This document shows positions 29,751 through 39,277 of a DNA stretch of 64,000 nt, piece after piece (position 1 is the first letter of the stretch; every line of letters begins with the position of its first letter). The notes under the pieces are model-generated. The model worked only from the letters and a program-made list of their open reading frames with translations, ran no database searches and was not told the DNA's origin. This stretch comes from an uncultured Rikenellaceae bacterium (GTDB lineage Bacteria; Bacteroidota; Bacteroidia; Bacteroidales; Rikenellaceae), in NCBI GenBank assembly GCA_944415565.1, contig CALYBQ010000005.1, forward strand, positions 106,061 through 170,060, read 5' to 3'. The translations under genes were made by a program, and so were the position numbers.

Positions 29751-30242
29751 TTAAGACTCCTTTATTACAGCCACCCACGCCTTCAGGCGGCCTTCGGTTT
29801 TGTTAGGTTCGTCGTCATCGACAGCCAATCCGAGGACCTGACCGCCTTCAAAGGCTTTAGAACTGTTATTCGGATAACCGGAAGCATCCATCTGACCGAT
29901 GAACGTACATCCAGTATCGGACAACTCTTCGTGAAGCAGACCGATAGATTCGCAGAACGTATCGGGGTAAGATGCGCTGTCGCCGCAACCGAACAGCCCC
30001 ACTTTCTTGCCGGAAAGGTCGGCCTTCTTCAGCTCCTCGACGAACGAATACCAATCGTCCTGCAATTCGCCCAATCCCCACGTAGACGATCCCAACAGCA
30101 GGGTATCGTAGCCTGCCACCTTGTCGATAGGAGAACCGCCCACGTCATACACGTCCGCAGACGTCACACCCAACGCAGATGCAATTTCCTTTGCCAGCGT
30201 TTCCGTATTGCCGGTAGTACTGCCATAAAATATTCCCGTCAT
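29751..30242 (-). CDS. fldA: flavodoxin (long-chain)
   Basis: MTGIFYGSTTGNTETLAKEIA... is an FMN-binding T/SxTGxT loop. 163 aa. Confidence 0.85.
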   Translation of the reverse strand: MTGIFYGSTTGNTETLAKEIASALGVTSADVYDVGGSPIDKVAGYDTLLLGSSTWGLGELQDDWYSFVEELKKADLSGKKVGLFGCGDSASYPDTFCESIGLLHEELSDTGCTFIGQMDASGYPNNSSKAFEGGQVLGLAVDDDEPNKTEGRLKAWVAVIKES

Positions 30243-30563
30243 GATATTATTTGTTTAGTTAATAAATTATCCTACCCGTATTCCGCACGTTCGGTAGTCG
30301 ATACCGAAATCATCGAAAGCAAAAATATGCCTTAACACCATAGAAATCCATACCTTAAAATTGGGAAATATGCCGCACGGCATACCCACTCTGTTAACAG
30401 GGGGCAATAACCGGGCCATGCTCAAAAACTACTCGTAAACCGGGCGGCCAGCCGAATACCTCCGCGAAACGCCTTATGAGGCAGCTCCGGATACCTTATT
30501 TATATACAGGCAATGTAATCGCCATAATTTATGCTTCCTGACGGCACTAAAATCTACAAACAG

Positions 30564-30593
30564 TTTGAAAAATGGCAAAAATGATTATATTTG
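30564..30593 (+). promoter_or_regulatory. predicted promoter for the nfeD-flotillin operon (-33 TTTG / -7 TATATTTG)
   Basis: TTTG at 30564-30567 and TATATTTG at 30586-30593, with 18-nt spacing. Confidence 0.4.
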
Positions 30594-30668
30594 TAGAATA
30601 ACCGCGAGGCGCCGGATCGCAGCGACAAAATGGCATCTCGGTTTCAGCAACTTAAAAACATTCTGATT

Positions 30669-31238
30669 ATGGAAATATGGTGGGATTCGTTGGATTTCTT
30701 TATGAAATCGGTATGGTGCGTGGCAATATTCACAAGCCTCACATTCGTAGTACAAACCGTCATGACATTTCTGGGAATGGATTCCGACGGGGGAATGGAT
30801 ATTGACGCCGACGCATCGGTCGACGGGCATGACGGGCCTTTCCAGCTCTTCACGTTCAGGAACTTCATCAACTTCTTCCTCGGAACATCGTGGGCGCTCA
30901 TAGTGTTCGAGGGCACATTTCCCAACAACGCTCTCTGGATAATCGTATCCGTCATTACGGGAGCCCTGTTGGTGACCGCCGTCATGCTGATATTCTGGTT
31001 CATGAGCCGAATGGAGCAGAGCGGCAACATAGACATAGCAAACGCCGTCAACTGCAAGGGCAACGTCTATCTGAAGATTCCCGGGAACAAACAGGGTGAA
31101 GGGAAAGTACAAATATCCATTAACGGAGCCGTCCGCGAATATAACGCCATCACCAACGGGGAAGGCATAGAGACCGGCGCGCCGGTAATAGTCAAAGAGG
31201 TGGTGAACGAAAACACCCTGATAGTAGAAAGATTTTAA
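30669..31238 (+). CDS. NfeD-family membrane protein (flotillin partner, OB-fold C-terminus)
   Basis: Several TM segments, then a C-terminal soluble domain. Sits directly upstream of a flotillin gene. The ORF-track start at 30630 is also possible. Confidence 0.55.
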   Translation: MEIWWDSLDFFMKSVWCVAIFTSLTFVVQTVMTFLGMDSDGGMDIDADASVDGHDGPFQLFTFRNFINFFLGTSWALIVFEGTFPNNALWIIVSVITGALLVTAVMLIFWFMSRMEQSGNIDIANAVNCKGNVYLKIPGNKQGEGKVQISINGAVREYNAITNGEGIETGAPVIVKEVVNENTLIVERF

Positions 31239-31264
31239 ATGCAAATAACTAAAACACGACTCAA

Positions 31265-32737
31265 ATGCCCCAAAGTTTCATTCTCATCGTACTCATCGTT
31301 GCGGTACTCTTCGTGACCATAGTCGCGATTTTCTCGCGTTACAAACGCTGCCCCTCGGACCGGATACTCGTTGTATACGGTCGGACCGGCAAAAACAAAG
31401 CGGGCGGGATCAGCTCGGCCAAATGCGTACACGGCGGTGCGGCCTTTATCTGGCCTGTATTTCAAAGCTACGCATTCCTCGACCTCACGCCAATCTCTAT
31501 CGAATGTAACCTGACGAACGCCCTCAGTAAGCAGAATATTCGCGTCGACGTTCCGAGCCGTTTCACCGTCGGCATCTCCACCGAACCCGAAAGCATGACC
31601 AATGCGGCCGAACGTCTTTTGGGACTTAATCTGGAGAACATACAGGAGCTGGCACGAGACATTCTGTTCGGACAGTTGCGCCTCGTCATCGCCACCATGG
31701 ACATCGAGGAGATCAACTCGGACAGGGACAAGTTCCTCGCCAACGTCAGCAACAACGTGGAAGCGGAACTACGCAAAATCGGTCTGAAACTCATCAACGT
31801 CAACGTGACCGACATACGCGACGAGTCGGGCTACATCGAAGCATTGGGAAAAGAAGCCGCAGCCAAAGCCATAAACGAAGCGAAGAAAAGCGTAGCCGAG
31901 CAGAACCGTTTCGGAGAGATCGGAAAGGCCGAAGCAGACAGGGATAAGGACATACGCATAGCGGAGACCGTCAGGGATACGCGTATCAACACATCACAAG
32001 CTAACGCATTGGCCGTAGAGGGGGAAAACAAAGCGAAAGTCGCCATTGCCGATTCAGATGCCATCCGCCGCGAACGCGAGGCCGAGGCACAGCGCAAAGC
32101 TATAGCCGCCGAAAAAGTACAGGCCGCAAAGGCACTCGAAGAGGCCTACCAAGCCGAACGTGAGGCAGAAATAGCCCGTGCAGAACGTGAAAAGGCGACT
32201 CAGCAGGCCAACATCGTCGTCCCGGCCCAGATAGACAAAGAAAAGGCCATAATAGACGCAGAGGCCGAGGCAGAACGTCTGCGCCGTCTCGCAAAGGGCG
32301 AAGCGGACGCCATATTCGCGAAAATGGATGCCGAAGCCCGCGGTATACTCCAAATCCTGACCAAACAGGCCGAAGGTTACGACCGCATAGTACAAGCCGC
32401 AGCCGGCAATCCAGACAAGGCCGCCATGCTTCTCATAACCGACAAGCTCCCCGAACTGGTACGCACACAGGTCGAGGCGGTCAAAAACATCAAGATCGAC
32501 AAGATAACCGTTTGGGACGGCAACAACGCCGGGAACGGCAGCACCTCAACGGCGAATTTCATATCGGGGCTAATGAAATCGGTTCCCCCGCTCAACGACC
32601 TATTCAGCATGGCCGGCATGAACCTGCCCTCGTACCTTAAAGGCGAGGAGGCTGCAAGTCAAGCTACACATGAAGAAGTCGCCAAAGAGCCTGAAACGGA
32701 TAGTCCCGAAGTTGAAATAATAGAGCCCGAAAAATAG
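31265..32737 (+). CDS. flotillin-family protein (SPFH/Band 7 domain, EA-rich coiled coil)
   Basis: 490 aa. N-terminal TM, SPFH domain, then a long E/A-repeat region (AEREAEIARAEREKA...), as in bacterial flotillins (YqiK/FloA type). Confidence 0.85.
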   Translation: MPQSFILIVLIVAVLFVTIVAIFSRYKRCPSDRILVVYGRTGKNKAGGISSAKCVHGGAAFIWPVFQSYAFLDLTPISIECNLTNALSKQNIRVDVPSRFTVGISTEPESMTNAAERLLGLNLENIQELARDILFGQLRLVIATMDIEEINSDRDKFLANVSNNVEAELRKIGLKLINVNVTDIRDESGYIEALGKEAAAKAINEAKKSVAEQNRFGEIGKAEADRDKDIRIAETVRDTRINTSQANALAVEGENKAKVAIADSDAIRREREAEAQRKAIAAEKVQAAKALEEAYQAEREAEIARAEREKATQQANIVVPAQIDKEKAIIDAEAEAERLRRLAKGEADAIFAKMDAEARGILQILTKQAEGYDRIVQAAAGNPDKAAMLLITDKLPELVRTQVEAVKNIKIDKITVWDGNNAGNGSTSTANFISGLMKSVPPLNDLFSMAGMNLPSYLKGEEAASQATHEEVAKEPETDSPEVEIIEPEK

Positions 32738-32780
32738 GTATGGACCATCCGGCTACTACGGAATCCTAAGATCGCGATAG

Positions 32781-32815
32781 AGCCTGCTTCCTTCAGAAGC
32801 AGGCTATTTTTTATA
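32781..32815 (+). terminator. rho-independent terminator after the flotillin gene
   Basis: Stem agcctgcttc / gaagcaggct with a 5-nt loop, followed by ATTTTTTAT. Confidence 0.7.
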
Positions 32816-33117
32816 TCACCATTTCAAAACATATATCATCGCCGCCCAATGCAAAATCCCGCATCGGTTGCCTCCTGCATCCGGCACTTTCGCACGCCCA
32901 AACGCCCTTCACAAAATGGTTTTTCCGCATAAAAACAGTTTCCCACAGTAGTAGAAAATGATAATTTTAGCACTTTCTCGCCATTGCGCCGAGCCCGCTT
33001 TTTACGCACAAAAAAGTGTAAATACCTCACAAAAGGGCGGTTATTAGCCCGAAATCCTTGTTTTTAGCTACAATGTTTTTTAACTTTGGGCTGTTTACTA
33101 CAAGCTAACCTACTAAA

Positions 33118-34221
33118 ATGTCCAAACGAATAAAGATAGGCCTGATCGGTTTCGGCAGGATGGGCCGTAAATTCTTCACAGAACTAATCAAAAACGACAA
33201 GTGGGAGGTCGCCTACATTTGCGACATCTCGCCCGAGGCTCGCGAAGACGCGGCATCGCTTGCTCCGAACGCTAAAATAACATGCGACGAGGACAAAATC
33301 TTCGCCGATCCTGAAATAGAGGTGGTGGGTCTCTTCACACTGGCCAATTCAAGGGCAGGACAGATCAAAAAAGCCATCGCCGCTAAAAAACACATCATCG
33401 CCGAAAAACCCGTAGCCGACAACCTCGAATCAGAGCAGGAAGTCGCCCGATTGGTAGAAGGGTCGGGGCTAATGGTAGCCGTCAACCTGTTCAACCGCAT
33501 GGCATGGTATCACAAAGAGATCATGGATTTCATAGCCGCCGGAGAGATCGGGGATCTGGCCATCATACGCATCTGCCACATGACACCGGGCCTCATTCCG
33601 GGCGAAGGGCACGAGTACGAAGGCCCCCCATTCCACGATTGCGGCATGCACTATGTGGACGCAGCGAGGATGTACGCCCGCAGCGAATTCGCCACATGGC
33701 ACTCGCAAGGCGTGAGGATGTGGGAATACAAGGACCCGTGGTGGGTTCAGGCTCACGGCACGTTTAAGAACGGCGTAATTTTCGACATTACACAAGGGTT
33801 CGTATACGGACATCTGTCGCTCAACCAGACCCACAACAGCTACTTCGACATAATCGGCACGAAAGGAACGGCGCGCATGACACATGACTTCAAAACAGCG
33901 CGAGTAGAACTGCGTGGCGTAACAAAAACACTTACGCTCGAAAAGCCTTTCGGCGACAAGAAGATAGACGTACTGTGCGACGTATTCGCCGACTCGGTGA
34001 GAAGCGGCCGCAATGAGGGTTTTCCGGAGGTCAAGGACAGCGTCATAGCGTCGGAGTTCGCATGGAAGATGCTGAACGACGCCATGTCGAACGAACTGCC
34101 TGTGATCGGTACTGCCGAGGAACTCGAACAGATACGCCGTAGGCGTCAATCGCTGACGGACGGTTACGGCCTGTTGAAACGCCCCTCCGCTAAAACTTCG
34201 AAAAAGCAGACGATAGCATAA
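33118..34221 (+). CDS. Gfo/Idh/MocA-family oxidoreductase
   Basis: IGLIGFGRMGRKF Rossmann N-terminus, 367 aa. Confidence 0.85.
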   Translation: MSKRIKIGLIGFGRMGRKFFTELIKNDKWEVAYICDISPEAREDAASLAPNAKITCDEDKIFADPEIEVVGLFTLANSRAGQIKKAIAAKKHIIAEKPVADNLESEQEVARLVEGSGLMVAVNLFNRMAWYHKEIMDFIAAGEIGDLAIIRICHMTPGLIPGEGHEYEGPPFHDCGMHYVDAARMYARSEFATWHSQGVRMWEYKDPWWVQAHGTFKNGVIFDITQGFVYGHLSLNQTHNSYFDIIGTKGTARMTHDFKTARVELRGVTKTLTLEKPFGDKKIDVLCDVFADSVRSGRNEGFPEVKDSVIASEFAWKMLNDAMSNELPVIGTAEELEQIRRRRQSLTDGYGLLKRPSAKTSKKQTIA

Positions 34222-34490
34222 GTTCGGAGCGGAAGCAACTGACGGCAACCACAACAAACTAACACAAACGATCCCGGAATATTACGAAGTCAAATTCGGG
34301 TTACACAAAAAATGGAGAACGGAACAATTCACTCTCCATTTTTTATCTAAATTGCATTATCATAGTCCCTAAGGACACTTATTGTTCGGATGCCCGGCAG
34401 CCGACAAAATAATCGCGTCAGCTACTGCAACGCGGAATCAAAATCCCGCAAAACCAAGAACCATACCCTAAAACTACAAAACCTTATACA

Positions 34491-36554
34491 ATGAGAACCA
34501 TATACTTGCTAATAGCGTCGTTATTATTTTCGGTGCTCCCCGCATGGTCGCAGGGCGATTATTACAGCCGGCTGGAAAACGACACGCTCGTTATAGGCAA
34601 CGCAGCGATAGAACGCAAATTCGTCTGGAACGAAGGCAACCTCATAACGCACAGCCTGACCGACAAAACGTCGGGCAAAGTATGGAACAACAAATCGAAA
34701 TCACCCGACCTCGTAATTTCACAGAAGATGGGTAAGGCTTCGAGTCCATCGTACTCATCGCGCGAGATAGCCGAAACCGTGATACACCCTGCCTATCTGG
34801 AAACTACGGTATCGTTCACGTTGGGACAGCTCGACATCAAGCGGATATTCCGCATATACAAGGACACTCCGGCCATTGCGTGCGACACATGGCTCAAAGG
34901 AAATGCAGGCGTCATACAAGCCGGTAAAGCAGTCAACGCCGCCGACATGAAGAACATCGAATTCACCGAGGATATGCAGTCGGACCAATCGACCGCCGTC
35001 CTCGACCAATTCAAGGCCGAAGGTGCGCATTGGCAGACCAGAATCGTAGAATTCTACGACGTGACGGACCGCAACAACAACCTCGTGTTCGAGACCGACA
35101 TAATCCCCTACCGCAAAAGCACCTACCGTGGCAATCTGCTTTTCGCCCATAACACAGAGGTCGGCAGCGGACTGTTCTTCCTCAAAGAAGCCCCGTGTTC
35201 GAGCGTTCAACTTGCCTATGCAGGTTACGACTTCTCGACCGAGTTCGGCCATTTCGCAGTCATAGGGCTCGGCATGTCGGGCAAAGACATAAAGCCGGAC
35301 GAATGGCGCCGGACATACGGTTGCGTGATCGGCGTATGCGGCGGCAGCGAACTGGAACAACTCTCCGCGCTCCGGTCGTATCAGAAAAACGTACGCAAGC
35401 TCGTTCCGGGACGTGACGAAATGGTTATGATGAACACATGGGGCGACCGCAGCCAAGACTCCAAGGTGAACGAAAAGTTCAGCCTCATAGAGGTAGAACG
35501 CGCCGCACAGCTTGGCGTCACACATTTCCAGATAGACGACGGATGGCAGATAGGCAAGAGCCCGAACTCGGCCGTCGCACGCGGTTCGTTCAAAAACATC
35601 TGGGACAATCCGGACTACTGGCGTCCCGATCCGGCAAAATACCCCAACGGACTGCACCCGATCGTAAAACGAGGCAAGGAATTGGGCGTCGAAATATGCC
35701 TGTGGTTCAATCCGAGCATACAGGACGACTTCGCCGATTGGGAAAAGGACGCACAAGCTATGATCGGCCTCTACAACGAATACGGCATCCGCACATTCAA
35801 GATAGACGGGTTGGCCATTCCGACGAAGCAGGCCGAGATCAACCTGCGTAGATTGTTCGACCGCGTCCTCGAAAAGACAGGAAACAACGTGGTATTCAAC
35901 CTCGACGCCACAGCAGGCCGCCGGGCTGGCTATCATATGTTCAACGAGTACGGCAACATATTCCTTGAAAACCGCTACACCGACTGGAACAACTACTACC
36001 CTTACAAAACACTGCGAAACCTGTGGCAACTGTCGCGATACGTCCCGGCCGAGAAATTGCAGATCGAGTTCCTAAACAAATGGCGCAACGCGTCCAAATA
36101 CGGCGACGACATATTCGCACCCGCCAACTATTCGTTCGAATACCTCTTCGCCATTACGATGGCCGGACAGCCGTTGGCATGGTTCGAGGGGAGCGGCCTG
36201 CCCGAAGAGGCGCTTGCCATCAGCGGCACTATCGCAAAATACAAGACGATACAGCACGAACTTCACTCGGGTACGATCCTCCCCATAGGCGAAGAGCCAT
36301 CGGGAAGGTCGTGGACCGGCTTTCAGTCCATAAAAGACGGGCGTGGGTACTTCATATTCTTCAGAGAAAACACACCAGACAGTAAAGGCGTGATCGAAAC
36401 GTGGCTTCCGGAAGGGACAAAAGTCCGACTCAAACCCGTGTTGGGACACGGCAAGGCTGGAACGAAAACCACAGGTCGTAACGGAGCGATCGAGATAACG
36501 TTACCGTCGATAAACGATTTCGCGATGTACGAATACGAAATCATCCAAAAATAG
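34491..36554 (+). CDS. secreted glycoside hydrolase, alpha-galactosidase-like (clan GH-D, GH36/27-type)
   Basis: Signal peptide. The HFQIDDGWQ motif resembles the DDGW motif of GH27/36 enzymes, and FKIDG is a candidate nucleophile region. 687 aa. Confidence 0.5.
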   Translation: MRTIYLLIASLLFSVLPAWSQGDYYSRLENDTLVIGNAAIERKFVWNEGNLITHSLTDKTSGKVWNNKSKSPDLVISQKMGKASSPSYSSREIAETVIHPAYLETTVSFTLGQLDIKRIFRIYKDTPAIACDTWLKGNAGVIQAGKAVNAADMKNIEFTEDMQSDQSTAVLDQFKAEGAHWQTRIVEFYDVTDRNNNLVFETDIIPYRKSTYRGNLLFAHNTEVGSGLFFLKEAPCSSVQLAYAGYDFSTEFGHFAVIGLGMSGKDIKPDEWRRTYGCVIGVCGGSELEQLSALRSYQKNVRKLVPGRDEMVMMNTWGDRSQDSKVNEKFSLIEVERAAQLGVTHFQIDDGWQIGKSPNSAVARGSFKNIWDNPDYWRPDPAKYPNGLHPIVKRGKELGVEICLWFNPSIQDDFADWEKDAQAMIGLYNEYGIRTFKIDGLAIPTKQAEINLRRLFDRVLEKTGNNVVFNLDATAGRRAGYHMFNEYGNIFLENRYTDWNNYYPYKTLRNLWQLSRYVPAEKLQIEFLNKWRNASKYGDDIFAPANYSFEYLFAITMAGQPLAWFEGSGLPEEALAISGTIAKYKTIQHELHSGTILPIGEEPSGRSWTGFQSIKDGRGYFIFFRENTPDSKGVIETWLPEGTKVRLKPVLGHGKAGTKTTGRNGAIEITLPSINDFAMYEYEIIQK

Positions 36555-36810
36555 CGGACAGACTCCGTTATGTCCGTATTGCCCTCACTTAAAAATGCAG
36601 AGGAATACGGTTATCGCAAAATACGATAACACACACGCCGCTATCCGTACATTAGATATGTCCACAACAGGACAATGTAGACCGAACAGGAAGAGGCTCA
36701 CCAAGAGTCTCTCCCTGTTAACTTACAATCGTCTAATTATAATTACGCAAATGGGGAACGCCGCACCCTTACTCCCAAACACGAAACAAATCCACTCAAG
36801 ACAAAACACT

Positions 36811-37653
36811 TTACTTCCGTCCGAGCCTGTACTCCTTGAACGACATTCCGGTTTTCCGCCTAAAATAACGGCACATATATGACGTATCGGGGAAATGCAT
36901 CACGGCAGCAATCTCCTTCAGCGGCAAAGAGGTCGTATTGAGCAGAGTCTTGATCTCCAGCATGATCTGGTCGTCTATGATCTGTTTGGGCGATTGCCGC
37001 GTATACCGCGCAGTTATCGACGACAAATAGTATGGCGTTATCATAAGTCGGCAGGCATACCACGTAACGTCGTGATGTTAGCGGCAATGGTCGGTCACAA
37101 GTCTGTAAAACCGGTGCAGGATTTCGTACCCTTTGTCGAGAAATACCCTCTGCGGCGTCACCGTCATCCGCCTCAATTCGTTGTCTATCGACAACAGCAT
37201 ATTTTGAACATGATTCTTGACCATCTGTTTAGCGTGTATGCCTCCACCCGCCGAACACATCCACTCGAACTGTCTTACCCACATATCCAACATATGCCGT
37301 TGCTCTCCCGACGGGGTCAGAACAGGCGTCGCCGCAAGCATCTCGAAGTATGAAGGCGGAATATCGAACCAAACCTCGTTGCCAAAGTCGTTGTCCATAA
37401 CGCAATAGAAACACTCGAAATCGGCAGAGACCGAGACAAAACGGGGAAGCATATCGCGATAAAGATTCGTCACATCGCCTTGGGCGAACACCCGGTCGGT
37501 CGAATAGATCGAGACCACCGCACTGCCGCCGAGACATACAAGGACCGTATTACCGCACGGGTCCAGCATACGCCCCAGATGTCCCCGCATATCGGTACGG
37601 CCAACAACGAAATCTTTCCTGTCACGCAATAATGCGGGTTCGACTATAACCAT
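36811..37653 (-). pseudogene. AraC-family transcriptional regulator interrupted by an in-frame TAA (37078-37080)
   Basis: ORFs 37078..37653 (N-terminal domain) and 36811..37044 (HTH domain) share one frame. Read-through gives ...RFYRLVTDHCR*HHDVTWYACRLMITPYYLSSITARYTRQSPKQIIDDQIMLE...YFRRKTGMSFKEYR, a canonical AraC helix-turn-helix pair. Confidence 0.6.
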
Positions 37654-37803
37654 GATTGCAATTTTGAAATAAAAATAATGCTAATAGAGCACAATTCCCA
37701 ATTATACTTTCGATAAATACCCAAATACTATCCCTTTTGTAAGTAATCGCAGGCCGGAAGTCCCTACCTTTGCGGCGGATTTAACGACAGAAACGGATTT
37801 CTT

Positions 37804-39168
37804 ATGCAAAGAGACAGCTTGGATTTCAAGAACATGAAGATCAGCAGCCTGTTCTTCAAACAGCTTTTCCCCACATTGCTCGGCATGATCTCGTCTGCCC
37901 TGTTCGTGGTTATCGACGGTATATTCGTCGGTCAGGGAATAGGCAGCAACGGCATCGCGGCCGTCAATATCACCATGCCGCTCTTCATGATAGTCACGGG
38001 CCTCGGATTGATGTTCGGCATGGGCGGCGGGATTCTGGCGTCAATAAACATATCTCGCGGCAAACACAAGGTGGCCAACATCAACGTCACGCAATCGACC
38101 ATTGCCGCCCTGACTGTCTCCACACTGGTAGCCGTCGCCATGATGACGCTCACTCCGCAACTGGCCGTACTTCTCGGATCGGACGCGCTGCTGCTCGATC
38201 AAGCCGTGGAATATATGTTCTGGGTGGGTACGGGTATGCCGGCGGCGGCCCTGCTCGCATCCCAACTATTCTTCGTTAGACTCACGAATCCACGATTCGG
38301 TATGTGGGCCATGATAATATCCACCGTCATAAATATCGTACTGGACTACGTATTCATATTCGTTTGTGAATGGGGATTGTTCGGGGCCGCCATAGCCACC
38401 GTAATAGGTGAATACGCAGGTGCAATCATGCTGTTCATCTACCTTTGCAGGACCAAGACAGCGGTACGGTTCGCAAAACTCAAGCTCAGCTACAAGAGCA
38501 TGAAACTCACGCTGCGGAACATATGGTACATGGCGAGGCTCGGCGTATCCACCTGTCTGAGCGAAATGACCATATCGCTCATGGCCATATCGGGCAACCT
38601 CGTCTTCATGCACTACATGGGGACCGACGGTGTGGCGTCTTTCAGCATAATATGTTACCTTTTTCCAGTGATATTCATGGTGTTCAACTCGATCGTGCAA
38701 TCGGCCCAACCCATTATAAGCTACAATTACGGGGCGGCCGTCATGGACCGTTCCAACAAAGCCCTGCGGCTGTCGCTCCAGTCAGCAGTCACATTCGGCA
38801 TCACGATAACGCTCGTATTCGTATGGTTCGCGTCCGACATAGTGTCGCTTTTCGTGCCGGACAAGACGAATCCGGCGTTCCAGTACGCCGTCTCCGGCCT
38901 GCCACTCTTCGCGACAGACTACATATTCTTCGGAATCAACGTCATAATCATAGGATATTACGCCAGCATAGAGAGGGTGAAACGGGCGTTGGGCTTCACA
39001 CTGTTGCGCGGCGTACTGCCGGTAGGGTTCTTCATTCTTCTCCCGCTGCTGATGGGGAATACAGGAATCTGGCTCGCCGTCGCGGCATCGGACATAACGA
39101 CTACGATAGTCATAATCGTATTCTTCCTGCGGGACAGGGCCAAACGCAAAAGAGCCCGCCGGGTTTGA
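37804..39168 (+). CDS. MATE-family efflux transporter
   Basis: 454 aa, 12-TM pattern, with a typical MATE N-terminus. Confidence 0.85.
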   Translation: MQRDSLDFKNMKISSLFFKQLFPTLLGMISSALFVVIDGIFVGQGIGSNGIAAVNITMPLFMIVTGLGLMFGMGGGILASINISRGKHKVANINVTQSTIAALTVSTLVAVAMMTLTPQLAVLLGSDALLLDQAVEYMFWVGTGMPAAALLASQLFFVRLTNPRFGMWAMIISTVINIVLDYVFIFVCEWGLFGAAIATVIGEYAGAIMLFIYLCRTKTAVRFAKLKLSYKSMKLTLRNIWYMARLGVSTCLSEMTISLMAISGNLVFMHYMGTDGVASFSIICYLFPVIFMVFNSIVQSAQPIISYNYGAAVMDRSNKALRLSLQSAVTFGITITLVFVWFASDIVSLFVPDKTNPAFQYAVSGLPLFATDYIFFGINVIIIGYYASIERVKRALGFTLLRGVLPVGFFILLPLLMGNTGIWLAVAASDITTTIVIIVFFLRDRAKRKRARRV

Positions 39169-39277
39169 AACTACCTCGGCAGGCCCTCAAACAGGAATAC
39201 CAATCGGTTCCGGCGACATCGCGGTCCCTCCTGAAACTTTTTCAGGCCCCGGACATTCGCCTGCGCCCAATCGGTAT

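Noticed and set aside
34755-36029. 424-aa minus-strand ORF inside the glycoside hydrolase gene
   Set aside because: Antisense shadow frame. The sense strand carries a signal peptide and the DDGW motif.
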